DNA from: an uncultured Candidatus Saccharibacteria bacterium
GTDB lineage: Bacteria > Patescibacteriota > Minisyncoccia > UBA6257 > 1-14-0-10-44-23
Direction of reading: 5' to 3'
DNA length: 64,000 nt
Assembly: GCA_964549935.1 (NCBI GenBank)
Contig: CAZJVT010000003.1
Coordinates: 78,634 to 142,633, forward strand
Shown piece by piece: positions 1 to 7,481 of this stretch. The position numbers and the translations under genes were made by a program. The notes beneath the pieces are model-generated. The model worked only from the letters and a program-made list of their open reading frames with translations, did not search any database and was not told where the DNA came from. How positions within the stretch are numbered: the stretch's first letter is position 1; each line of letters begins with the position of its first letter.

Positions 1-1632
1 GACGATCTGCTGGGTGACGGTCGAGTAGTAGAAGTAGTTGCCCTTGTCGAAGCCAAGAGGGCGGAGGTCGATGCTGCCGGTGCCGAGGCCGCCGCCGTTG
101 AGAAGCCTTTCCGCGGCGAGCCGCTTCGCAGCCTCGGCCGAGGTCTTCAGCGCATCGTCGAGGTCGCGGATCGGCACCTTGGCGCCGCGCAGCGATCCCT
201 TGACCATGTGGTAGCGCCCGAGATCGCGCTCCTTGAGATCGTTGAGCGCCTGGAGGGCTTCCGGGGCGAACGCGGCCTTCGGATCCTCCTCGCAGCTCTT
301 GATGTAGGCTTCGAAGTCGAAGCCGGCCGGATCGTCCTCTGGCGCCGCATCGGCATTTCGGCGGAAGGGCAGCACCTTCGCCGCCGGCTCCTCGTCCGGA
401 GGACCGGCCTTCGCCACGATCTCGGTCGCCTCCGAGCTGAGATCCCGATCTCCGGGAGCGCCGCCATGCTCCGCCAGCGCCGCCGCGAGCTCATCGTCCA
501 CGGGAGCCGCCGCCGCGACCTGCATCGCGCCCGCGATCATCGCCTCGAGGCGCTCCATCAGGAATTCCGGATCGCCTTCTGCATCGGCGATGTCCCAGCC
601 CTCCGGCAGGCTGGCGGGAACGTCGACCTCGAAGACCTCGATAGAGCTCAGCACGTCCAGGCCCGACCGGTCGTTCTCGGCCAGGAGGCGAAGGGCGATC
701 TCCTCCATCGCCTCACGGCCGACAAGGTCGTTGTCCGGCATGGTGATGACGCGCCATCCGGCGAAGACCGAGATATCGGCATGCCGGAAATTCTTGGTGC
801 CGCCGAGCGGCGACACGAAGGGGTAGCGGCCGGCGAAGAGCCGGTTTCCCGCGTCGGCGGCCTTCTCGCCCTCGACCAGGACGCAGGTCCTGGCCCCCTG
901 CCCGTCCTCGACCTCGCCCAGCAGGTCCGCTCCGTAGATGGGCTTCGGATCATCGAACCCGATCGACGCCCATCCTTCGCTTCCGTCCTCGAAGGAACAC
1001 CACGTCACCGGGACCGGGGACTTCTTCTTCTTGCCATCCCGCACCCACTCCATGCGGAGCACGTAGCCGAGCAGGCTCCCGGCCTTGTCGCGGTAGTCGT
1101 GGACCATCGCCGGCTGGAACTGGCGGCGCAGCGGCTTGCCGTCCTCGCCCGGGGACCAGTCGCCGAGCTCCTTGTTGCGGATCCTGACCGGCTGGGTGAC
1201 GTGGGGCCCCTTCGAGCCCCGCTCCCCGCCTTCGGCGAAGAGCGGCGTTGCCGCCACCGGGACCGGAAGGATCGGCCGCGGGACCGGCGGCGAAGCGCGG
1301 CGCTGCCGGCGTTCGACCGGCATTCCGCGGCGACCCTCGACATCGCCCTTGAGGATCTCGATCGCCTTCCCGGCTTCGACACCCTCGGCCTCCATCACCA
1401 TCTTCAGGGCGCTGCCATGCGCGCCGCAGCCGTAGCAGTGGTAGTGCTGGTCGCCTTCATCGTCGAAGACCTGGAACGACGGAGTCTTCTCGGAATGGAA
1501 GGGGCAAAGGCCGATATGGCGGCCCGCAACCATGCGGAGATCCGTATAGCGCTGCGCCACCTCGAGAATGTCGACCTGCGAGAGAAGCTCCTCGATGTCG
1601 ACCTTCTCCTTGTCCCCACGACGTCTGGGCAT
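1..1632 (-). CDS. Primase (CHC2 zinc finger + Toprim), probably a primase-helicase; 3' end lies beyond the window edge
   Basis: Not in the ORF track; translated by hand from ATG 1632 (RBS GGAGGG). Contains GLCPFHSEKTPSF..HYHCYGCG, Toprim VLVEGEKAADA and MPDNDLVG, then GWDIADA. Frame is open to base 1 and ends PLGFDKGNYFYYST. Confidence 0.85.
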   Translation of the reverse strand, partial: MPRRRGDKEKVDIEELLSQVDILEVAQRYTDLRMVAGRHIGLCPFHSEKTPSFQVFDDEGDQHYHCYGCGAHGSALKMVMEAEGVEAGKAIEILKGDVEGRRGMPVERRQRRASPPVPRPILPVPVAATPLFAEGGERGSKGPHVTQPVRIRNKELGDWSPGEDGKPLRRQFQPAMVHDYRDKAGSLLGYVLRMEWVRDGKKKKSPVPVTWCSFEDGSEGWASIGFDDPKPIYGADLLGEVEDGQGARTCVLVEGEKAADAGNRLFAGRYPFVSPLGGTKNFRHADISVFAGWRVITMPDNDLVGREAMEEIALRLLAENDRSGLDVLSSIEVFEVDVPASLPEGWDIADAEGDPEFLMERLEAMIAGAMQVAAAAPVDDELAAALAEHGGAPGDRDLSSEATEIVAKAGPPDEEPAAKVLPFRRNADAAPEDDPAGFDFEAYIKSCEEDPKAAFAPEALQALNDLKERDLGRYHMVKGSLRGAKVPIRDLDDALKTSAEAAKRLAAERLLNGGGLGTGSIDLRPLGFDKGNYFYYSTVTQQIV

Positions 1633-1711
1633 ATCCCCTCCCGAGTTCGTTATAAGAGTGTACGCCTCTGCTTTTTCATGAACAACAGAAACCGCAGGCC
1701 GAAATGAGTGC

Positions 1712-1738
1712 AATGTTAGAAATGTTAGAAATGTAAGA
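1712..1738 (+). repeat. Three tandem 9-bp repeats AATGT(T/A)AGA upstream of the primase
   Basis: AATGTTAGA AATGTTAGA AATGTAAGA read directly. Confidence 0.85.
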
Positions 1739-1837
1739 CGATCCGGCACAGCGCATGCCCGCGCTGGCCTAGCTCCGGAACGTCAGGTTGGGCTGGTCGA
1801 TGTGGAGCGGCGCTCCGGGCGAGGGTCGCCTCACCCG

Positions 1838-2326
1838 CTAGACATGCAGGCTGTAGTCTTCCTGGCCGACGATCTCATTGTTCTGGGCGCAGGGGGTGCA
1901 TCGACGATGCCCGGCATGCTCGGACATGAAGAGCTTTCCGCATGAAGGCGCAAGACACCTGCGCATCTTGGTCACCAGCTTCCAGCTCCGCTCGCCGTCG
2001 ATGACCTTGTCGTCCCTCTTCGGCAGCCGGGGAACCAGCGAGCCGTTTTCGCCGCGGCCTCGCCCAGGAAGGTTCTGGCGATTGGCGCGAAGCTGGATGG
2101 AGGCAGGGGTCCGGCCCGGCATCTTCTTGGCGATCTGCTCGGCGGAAAGGCCCTGCGCCCAGAGATCCGTCAGCATCTGCTTGTCCGCCGCGGACCATTT
2201 CGGCCGCCGGCGGGGATCATCGCCGGCCGCAAGCGTGCTGGGGACCTGGGACTTTGTCGAGCCGGCTGACTGGCTCGAGATGGTGCTCGGCTGCGAGGGC
2301 GCTTGCGGCTGCGACAAGGCGCTCAT
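1838..2326 (-). CDS. GcrA-like transcriptional regulator (N-terminal HTH + C-terminal Cys/His zinc finger)
   Basis: KWSAADKQMLTDLWAQGLSAEQIAKKMPGRTPASIQLRANRQNL matches the GcrA N-terminal pattern; C-terminal CLAPSC..H...CTPC. Confidence 0.7.
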   Translation of the reverse strand: MSALSQPQAPSQPSTISSQSAGSTKSQVPSTLAAGDDPRRRPKWSAADKQMLTDLWAQGLSAEQIAKKMPGRTPASIQLRANRQNLPGRGRGENGSLVPRLPKRDDKVIDGERSWKLVTKMRRCLAPSCGKLFMSEHAGHRRCTPCAQNNEIVGQEDYSLHV

Positions 2327-2691
2327 GCCACGGCTCCTTCGACCATGCCGGGGACCTGACGCCGTGCGCTGGCGGAGCGGGCGGCCTGGAGCCGCGGACA
2401 GCCGGCGATGTAGGAAATGACCTTCGCGGCCGTCTCCGGCTTCGCCTGCCGGCCGCTGCGCAGCCCCTGGACGAAACCGGCGTCGTTCATGACCGAGGTG
2501 CCGAAGGCGCTGACGGCGATGCCCGTCTCGGAAAGATACATCTCGATCGTGGCGAGAAGCTGCGAGCCGGTGCGCCTGGCCGAGCGCCTGAGCCGCTGAA
2601 GCTTCTCAGGGTCGAGAAGATCCGCTGCGGAAGTGCCCTTGCCGGCTATGTCCCGGCCAAGAGCGGCGATGGCTTGGTTGCTTCTTGACAT
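2323..2691 (-). CDS. Cro-like HTH protein of alphaproteobacterial phage type
   Basis: LLATIEMYLSETGIAVSAFGTSVMNDAGFVQGLRSGR..KPETAAKVISYI; stop overlaps the GcrA-like start. Confidence 0.65.
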   Translation of the reverse strand: MSRSNQAIAALGRDIAGKGTSAADLLDPEKLQRLRRSARRTGSQLLATIEMYLSETGIAVSAFGTSVMNDAGFVQGLRSGRQAKPETAAKVISYIAGCPRLQAARSASARRQVPGMVEGAVA

Positions 2692-2764
2692 GACGACTGC
2701 TGTTCCGATCGTTCCTGTCAGGCTGCCGTGGACTGCTGCACCTGCTTGTGCAGGGTGCATAAGC

Positions 2765-2793
2765 ATGATCCTAGGACGCGTCCCAGAAGTCAA
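2765..2793 (-). promoter_or_regulatory. Leftward promoter with a palindromic operator in its spacer
   Basis: -35 TTGACT (2788-2793), 17-bp spacer, weak -10. Near-perfect palindrome CTAGGACGCGTCCCAG at 2771-2786. Confidence 0.45.
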
Positions 2794-2823
2794 GCCGATC
2801 GGCTCGCCGGAGATCTAGATTTC

Positions 2824-2930
2824 CTTCCGGAATTCCGGAAGCGAACAGGTGTAGGACGAGTTTCCGGAATGCCAGAAAATCACGGGGTAGCCTGATCGAT
2901 CGGGCGATCCCGAATCCAGGTTTCCGGAAT
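2824..2930. promoter_or_regulatory. Cluster of TTCCGGAA palindromic sites
   Basis: Perfect 18-bp palindrome CTTCCGGAATTCCGGAAG at 2824-2841, plus TTTCCGGAAT at 2861 and 2921. Confidence 0.6.
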
Positions 2931-2959
2931 TTAACCTTGTTCGACAAGCAAATCCGGGA

Positions 2960-4501
2960 TCAGGAGTCGTCGAAGGCAGCGAGATCGACGTCGCCGCCGC
3001 GGCCGCCCATCGGACCATCATCCTCGATGGCGCTTCCCGCCTTCACCGCCTCGACGGCGCCGGCGACCACGTCCTTCGCCACCTCCGAGAAGCGCGAGAG
3101 GATCTCGAAGCCCTTACCCTTCTTCGACTGGCTCAGGCGAATGCTCGCCGTTTCCGTCAGGAACATCGACGGGTCGCCGCCCATCTCCTGGAACATCGCG
3201 CAGATCTCGGCGACGTTGAAATCGCCGCGCTTGAAGAACTTGTCCAGGTCGATACCCTTCCGGGACAGGAGGGCGCGAAGCTCCGCGACCAGGTCGATGT
3301 CCTTCTTCGCGGCGACCGCGAGGATCTCGTCGATGTCGATCGCGTCGGGGAGCCGCATGCTGTCGACATCGACGTTGGATCCGGTGAGCCGGGCCAGGCG
3401 CTTGGCCTCGTCGACCAGGCGCGGCACGCTCATGACGGGCTTGCCGGTGATGGTGCCGATCTCGCCAAGCTTGATCTTGCCGTCGCCGAGCTCGCCTGCC
3501 GTCTCGGCCCATGCCTTGATCCTGGTCTGGATCTCCTTCTCGCGCTCCTCGAGCTCGGACTTCATGGCCTTGATGCGGCCAAGGTCTCCGGCGGCTTCCA
3601 GGATGTCCTCGGGAACCTCGACGTCGATGGCCTTCCTCCGCTCGGGCCATGGCGGCAACTCGCCCTTCAGGACGAAGTCGTTCCAGAAGGTGGAGCCGGC
3701 GGCGACGAGCTCCTCGACCAGCTCCGGCTGGTAGGGCACCAGCTTCGGGTGCGGCTCGAACCGGTCGAGGTCGAACATGACGATGAAGCGGGCCTTGAAG
3801 CGAAGATCGAGCGTCGTCCGGCTGAGTTCGTCGTACTGGTGCAGCTGCGATTGCCAGTAGCTGGGCACCCCGCCGGAGACGTAGGTCGGGAAGGCGTTCG
3901 CCGAGGGGCACTTGTAGTCGACAAGGATCAGGTCCCCCGGCTCGAGGCGGAAGCCATCGAGGACACAGGAGACCCCGACCTTTACGATGTCGTCCGGGCT
4001 CGAGATCATCCAGCGGTGGACGGGATGCCGGCAGCCCGAAAGCTTCGCCAGCGCATCCTCATGGCTCTTCCCGCCGACCATGGCGTGGAAGGCATCCCGA
4101 ATGACGCCCTCCGAGCGGATGCCTCGAAGCATGTCGTCGCTCGGTGCGTCCGGCATGTACGCGAGCAGCTTCTCGCCGACGGTCTGGCGCGCGGTCTTGA
4201 AGGGGCTGGGCTCGCCGCGAAGCTCGTCGACGAGACCGCCAATCTCGGATCCGCCGATGCCGGTCAGCCGGCGCATGTGCCAGTAGCACCGCTTGGTGCC
4301 GCCGCCCTCGCGCTCGAGGATCATGCCGCACCAGCGGCGCGCCTTGTCCGGATCGAAGGACTGTCGGAGATGCGGCATGCCCGACAGCACGCGCATCATG
4401 TCCTTCTCCGCCCGCGTCCACTCAGCCGTGCCGGGACGGACGATCGCCGGCAGCGGCTCGGGAGCCGCCTGCGCCGGTTTATGAGCGAGGGCGGTGCTCA
4501 T
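2960..4501 (-). CDS. YqaJ-like (lambda exonuclease family) recombination nuclease with a long C-terminal extension
   Basis: WHMRRLTGIGGSEIG, RGIRSE, HPVHRWMISSPDD, LVDYKCP, YWQSQLHQY; start reassigned to MSTALAH. Confidence 0.85.
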   Translation of the reverse strand: MSTALAHKPAQAAPEPLPAIVRPGTAEWTRAEKDMMRVLSGMPHLRQSFDPDKARRWCGMILEREGGGTKRCYWHMRRLTGIGGSEIGGLVDELRGEPSPFKTARQTVGEKLLAYMPDAPSDDMLRGIRSEGVIRDAFHAMVGGKSHEDALAKLSGCRHPVHRWMISSPDDIVKVGVSCVLDGFRLEPGDLILVDYKCPSANAFPTYVSGGVPSYWQSQLHQYDELSRTTLDLRFKARFIVMFDLDRFEPHPKLVPYQPELVEELVAAGSTFWNDFVLKGELPPWPERRKAIDVEVPEDILEAAGDLGRIKAMKSELEEREKEIQTRIKAWAETAGELGDGKIKLGEIGTITGKPVMSVPRLVDEAKRLARLTGSNVDVDSMRLPDAIDIDEILAVAAKKDIDLVAELRALLSRKGIDLDKFFKRGDFNVAEICAMFQEMGGDPSMFLTETASIRLSQSKKGKGFEILSRFSEVAKDVVAGAVEAVKAGSAIEDDGPMGGRGGDVDLAAFDDS

Positions 4502-4521
4502 GCGAGAAGATCCTTCCCTGT

Positions 4522-5346
4522 TCAGGCGACGAACGCCGGCTCCGGGCGCCGCGCCGCGGCTGGCGTCGCCGGGAGGACGAGCTGGCGGTAGCTCTCCGGC
4601 AGGTCCGGCGAGAGCCGGCGGCCGGCATTGATCTGGTAGGAGCGGAAGATCGTCGATGCCTGGTTGCCGCGGATCGTGGCGAGAGGATCCGCGGGGTCGG
4701 TCTCGACGAGGCGCGCGGTCGTGAACTCCGCGACGACTTCCTCGACCAGCTTCTCGTAGCCGAGCGTCATGTCGTTGACCAGGTCGACCGTGAGGACGTC
4801 TGCGCCGAGATCGATGTAGGAGCGCGAGTCGGTGTAGCGCTTGAAGTCGCCGGTCGCCTTGTCGATCGCATGGATCCGGACGAGCATGACGTTCTCGCGG
4901 CCGAAGCGCTCGATCAGCGGCTCGTTCTCGCGGGTGAAGCCGGAATCCGCGATCAGGACGACCGAAGGATCGCTGGGGTTCGCCTCGCCGCCCATCATGC
5001 GATCGAGGCGCTGGAGGGCGAGCTCGCCGAAGATCCTCATGCCGTGGTGCGGCTTGTAGTAGGTCTCCGACACCGCGATGTAGGCTTCGCGCGGTGTCTT
5101 GCCTAGGAACCGCGGATTTGGAAGATCCTTGACCTCCTCGAAGTGATCGGGGCCGAGCGGTCGGCCGAATTCGTCGAAGAGCCCGTAAAGCGCGTGGGTG
5201 CGCTCCTTGAGCTCGTCGGCGAACTTCAGCTTGACCGGGCTGATGCCGAACTGGCCGTTGAACCCCTCGAGCACCGACGAGGTCGCCTTGCGGACCGAGT
5301 GATCCTTGCCGCAGCGCGGCGGTCCGTTGAACAGGCAGACGATCAT
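4522..5346 (-). CDS. Phage-type deoxynucleoside monophosphate kinase
   Basis: P-loop FNGPPRCGKD, KFADELKE, GKTPREAYIAVSE, VLIADSGF. Confidence 0.8.
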   Translation of the reverse strand: MIVCLFNGPPRCGKDHSVRKATSSVLEGFNGQFGISPVKLKFADELKERTHALYGLFDEFGRPLGPDHFEEVKDLPNPRFLGKTPREAYIAVSETYYKPHHGMRIFGELALQRLDRMMGGEANPSDPSVVLIADSGFTRENEPLIERFGRENVMLVRIHAIDKATGDFKRYTDSRSYIDLGADVLTVDLVNDMTLGYEKLVEEVVAEFTTARLVETDPADPLATIRGNQASTIFRSYQINAGRRLSPDLPESYRQLVLPATPAAARRPEPAFVA

Positions 5347-5480
5347 GGCGAAAACCCTGCGGCTCGGTGTCTGGTCCCGCCATTGTGCCACGCGGCGGCG
5401 AAAGCTCCAAACCTGTCGGCACATGCTTTTACAGCGTTCCGGATTGATCGAGCCTCGAGGCCGTCTATCGAGGTATTGCA

Positions 5481-5740
5481 GTAACTTACAAGATGTTAGG
5501 CGAAATGTAATAAGAGCAACGGCGAGTAAGTTGTTGATTTTGATAAGAGCCGTGGCGTTCTCTTATATATATTATATTTCTTATAGTATAAAAATATATA
5601 TATAGAATTAAAAGCCGTCCTGGACACAGACGCGCGTGGACGGACGCATGGGGATCCATGCGGTGTAATGTATGTAATAACTGTTAGATTGCTGATTTCT
5701 CTGGGGTTTTCAGCCCTGGCGGAAATTACATCGCCTAACA
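5481..5740. other. Putative replication origin (AT-rich core, IHF-type site, flanking inverted repeats)
   Basis: Nearly pure A/T tract 5561-5613; TAAGTTGTTGATT at 5527-5539 fits the IHF consensus; inverted repeat TGTTAGGCG(AA)ATGTAAT 5494-5511 / ATTACATCGCCTAACA 5725-5740. Confidence 0.6.
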
Positions 5741-5919
5741 GGCCAGCCGCACAAGTCATTGGCGGCGAAGAGAAATCCCTCGGATGATAGGTCGATCTCG
5801 AGGAAAGCGCAAGAACTCGCGGCGATCGCCCCCACAGGATAGGCGAGCCATCGACCGATTGGCGCTTCCGGGCTTTTCACGTATGCTGGTGGTCGGGCGC
5901 GATTAATACGAGACGCACC

Positions 5920-6576
5920 GTGACCATCCCCGGGAAATCCGACCGCGAGACGGTCATGGAAGCGCTCCTTCAGCGCATCCTCGGTCGTCTCGACCCTTCC
6001 ACCGGTTGCGTCGCCGATCTCGACGCCGCCTCCCTCGGCCTCGACGGCGCCGCCTCGAACAAGATCATGGAGCGGATCGAGGGATACGCCATGGCGGCCG
6101 AGACCTTGTGGAATGCCTATTACGGACCCGGATCCAATCCCGAAAGCGTCGAATGGTTCGATGTGCAGCAGGCACTCGCCTTCGCCGCCGCCGCCACCGG
6201 CCGCGGAAATCCGGACTTCGTGCCTGGTGCCGACAAGGCCCTGATCTCGATCTTCAATGGATCCAGGTGTGTCGAGACGATCGACATCACCGACGAGGTT
6301 GTCAGGCTCGACGCGACATCGCTCGTCGCCATGATCGCCGATCCGACGCTGTGCTTCGACCATCCGGTACTGGCGTTGAAGCTCGACCGATCGAGGCTCG
6401 ATGAACTGCGTCTTTCAAGCCAGAAGGTTTCCGACTTCCTCGGCACCGAAGATCCGACGGACGAGCTCATGGAGGCGGTCCGCGAGCGCTACGGAATCGC
6501 CGAGAGCGAGAAGCTCGTCTCCATCATCGATGCGATCGCCAGCCTCCCGGGCGGCCCGCCTGCGGTGACGATGTGA
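5920..6576 (+). CDS. Hypothetical protein (distant paralog of the next gene)
   Basis: GC3-biased ORF coupled to the next gene; RLDAT motif. Confidence 0.7.
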   Translation: MTIPGKSDRETVMEALLQRILGRLDPSTGCVADLDAASLGLDGAASNKIMERIEGYAMAAETLWNAYYGPGSNPESVEWFDVQQALAFAAAATGRGNPDFVPGADKALISIFNGSRCVETIDITDEVVRLDATSLVAMIADPTLCFDHPVLALKLDRSRLDELRLSSQKVSDFLGTEDPTDELMEAVRERYGIAESEKLVSIIDAIASLPGGPPAVTM

Positions 6577-7463
6577 AGGAGAAGCAGATGACCGGACGCG
6601 AAGCCCTCATCATCGAGATCGCCCAGGCGATCGAGCGCGCCTTCCTTTCCTGCGGGCGGAAGGTCCTGGTTCAGCCCCATTTCACCCTCAGGGAGTGGAC
6701 CTTCCTTGTGACCGAGCCTCGCGAGGACGGCCCGCGCGGCATCGGCAGCCTGACCTTCGCCGATCGCAAGGATCTCGACCGTCGCCTTGCCATCGCCGGA
6801 GTTCCTGGCTTCACCACGACCAATGCCGTCGGAGAGAAGGGTGCGGACGACATGTGGGTGTCGATCGACTCCCGCCTTGTTGGCGCCGCCGGCTTCGATA
6901 CGGATGCCGCGGAGGCGCTCGAGATCGTCCATACCGACCAAGTAGGCTTCGCGCTGGTGAAGGAGGACCCGGAGCGTGCGATCGCCTCCGGCGCCGCCTG
7001 CCGCCTCGACGCGACGGCGGTCGTGCTTTCCCTGAGCCTGCCGGTCCTCCATCGCATCGACCAGGTCGCGCCCTTGATCCAGGGCCTCGCCGGGGTTCCC
7101 TACAAGCGCTTCGCGACGAAGGTCACTGCCGCTTCCCTTTCGGCCTACTTCGGCGTGACCACCCCGTCCGAGATCTCGCTATCGATGCTCAACTCGGCCC
7201 GCCGCGCGGCCAGGCTTGTACCGCCCAAGGACCTGGTTCCGGTGGCTGACGGTGCGTTGCCGGTATCCGAGATCCTCGTGTTCCGGACCATCGATGTCCT
7301 CTCCAGGATCGGAGCCGGCCACGACCCGCAGAGGATCTCGGCCGACATCGATGCCGTGCGCAAGGAATGGGCCGACATGGCGAAAGGGCTGGTGGCGACG
7401 CGGGAGGGAATGGCCTCGCAGCAGCCTGGCTCGAAAGTCCCGCTCACCACTTTGTCTCTCTAG
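6573..7463 (+). CDS. Hypothetical protein
   Basis: GC3-biased ORF; RLDAT...S.YFGV..P motif shared with the upstream gene. Confidence 0.7.
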   Translation: MKEKQMTGREALIIEIAQAIERAFLSCGRKVLVQPHFTLREWTFLVTEPREDGPRGIGSLTFADRKDLDRRLAIAGVPGFTTTNAVGEKGADDMWVSIDSRLVGAAGFDTDAAEALEIVHTDQVGFALVKEDPERAIASGAACRLDATAVVLSLSLPVLHRIDQVAPLIQGLAGVPYKRFATKVTAASLSAYFGVTTPSEISLSMLNSARRAARLVPPKDLVPVADGALPVSEILVFRTIDVLSRIGAGHDPQRISADIDAVRKEWADMAKGLVATREGMASQQPGSKVPLTTLSL

Positions 7464-7481
7464 AATTGCCGGAAATCCAGG

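Noticed and set aside
208-1707. 499-aa + strand ORF and other long antisense ORFs (e.g. 34115-36775, 61853-63808, 14483-15679)
   Set aside because: Shadow frames of GC-rich genes with recognisable motifs on the opposite strand; no motifs of their own.
4502-5422. N-terminal 307 aa of the 820-aa ORF
   Set aside because: Arg/Pro-rich out-of-frame read of the dNMP kinase gene; the nuclease starts at 4501.
5920-7463. Possible HD phosphohydrolases
   Set aside because: Only a vague C-terminal resemblance; no HD motif.
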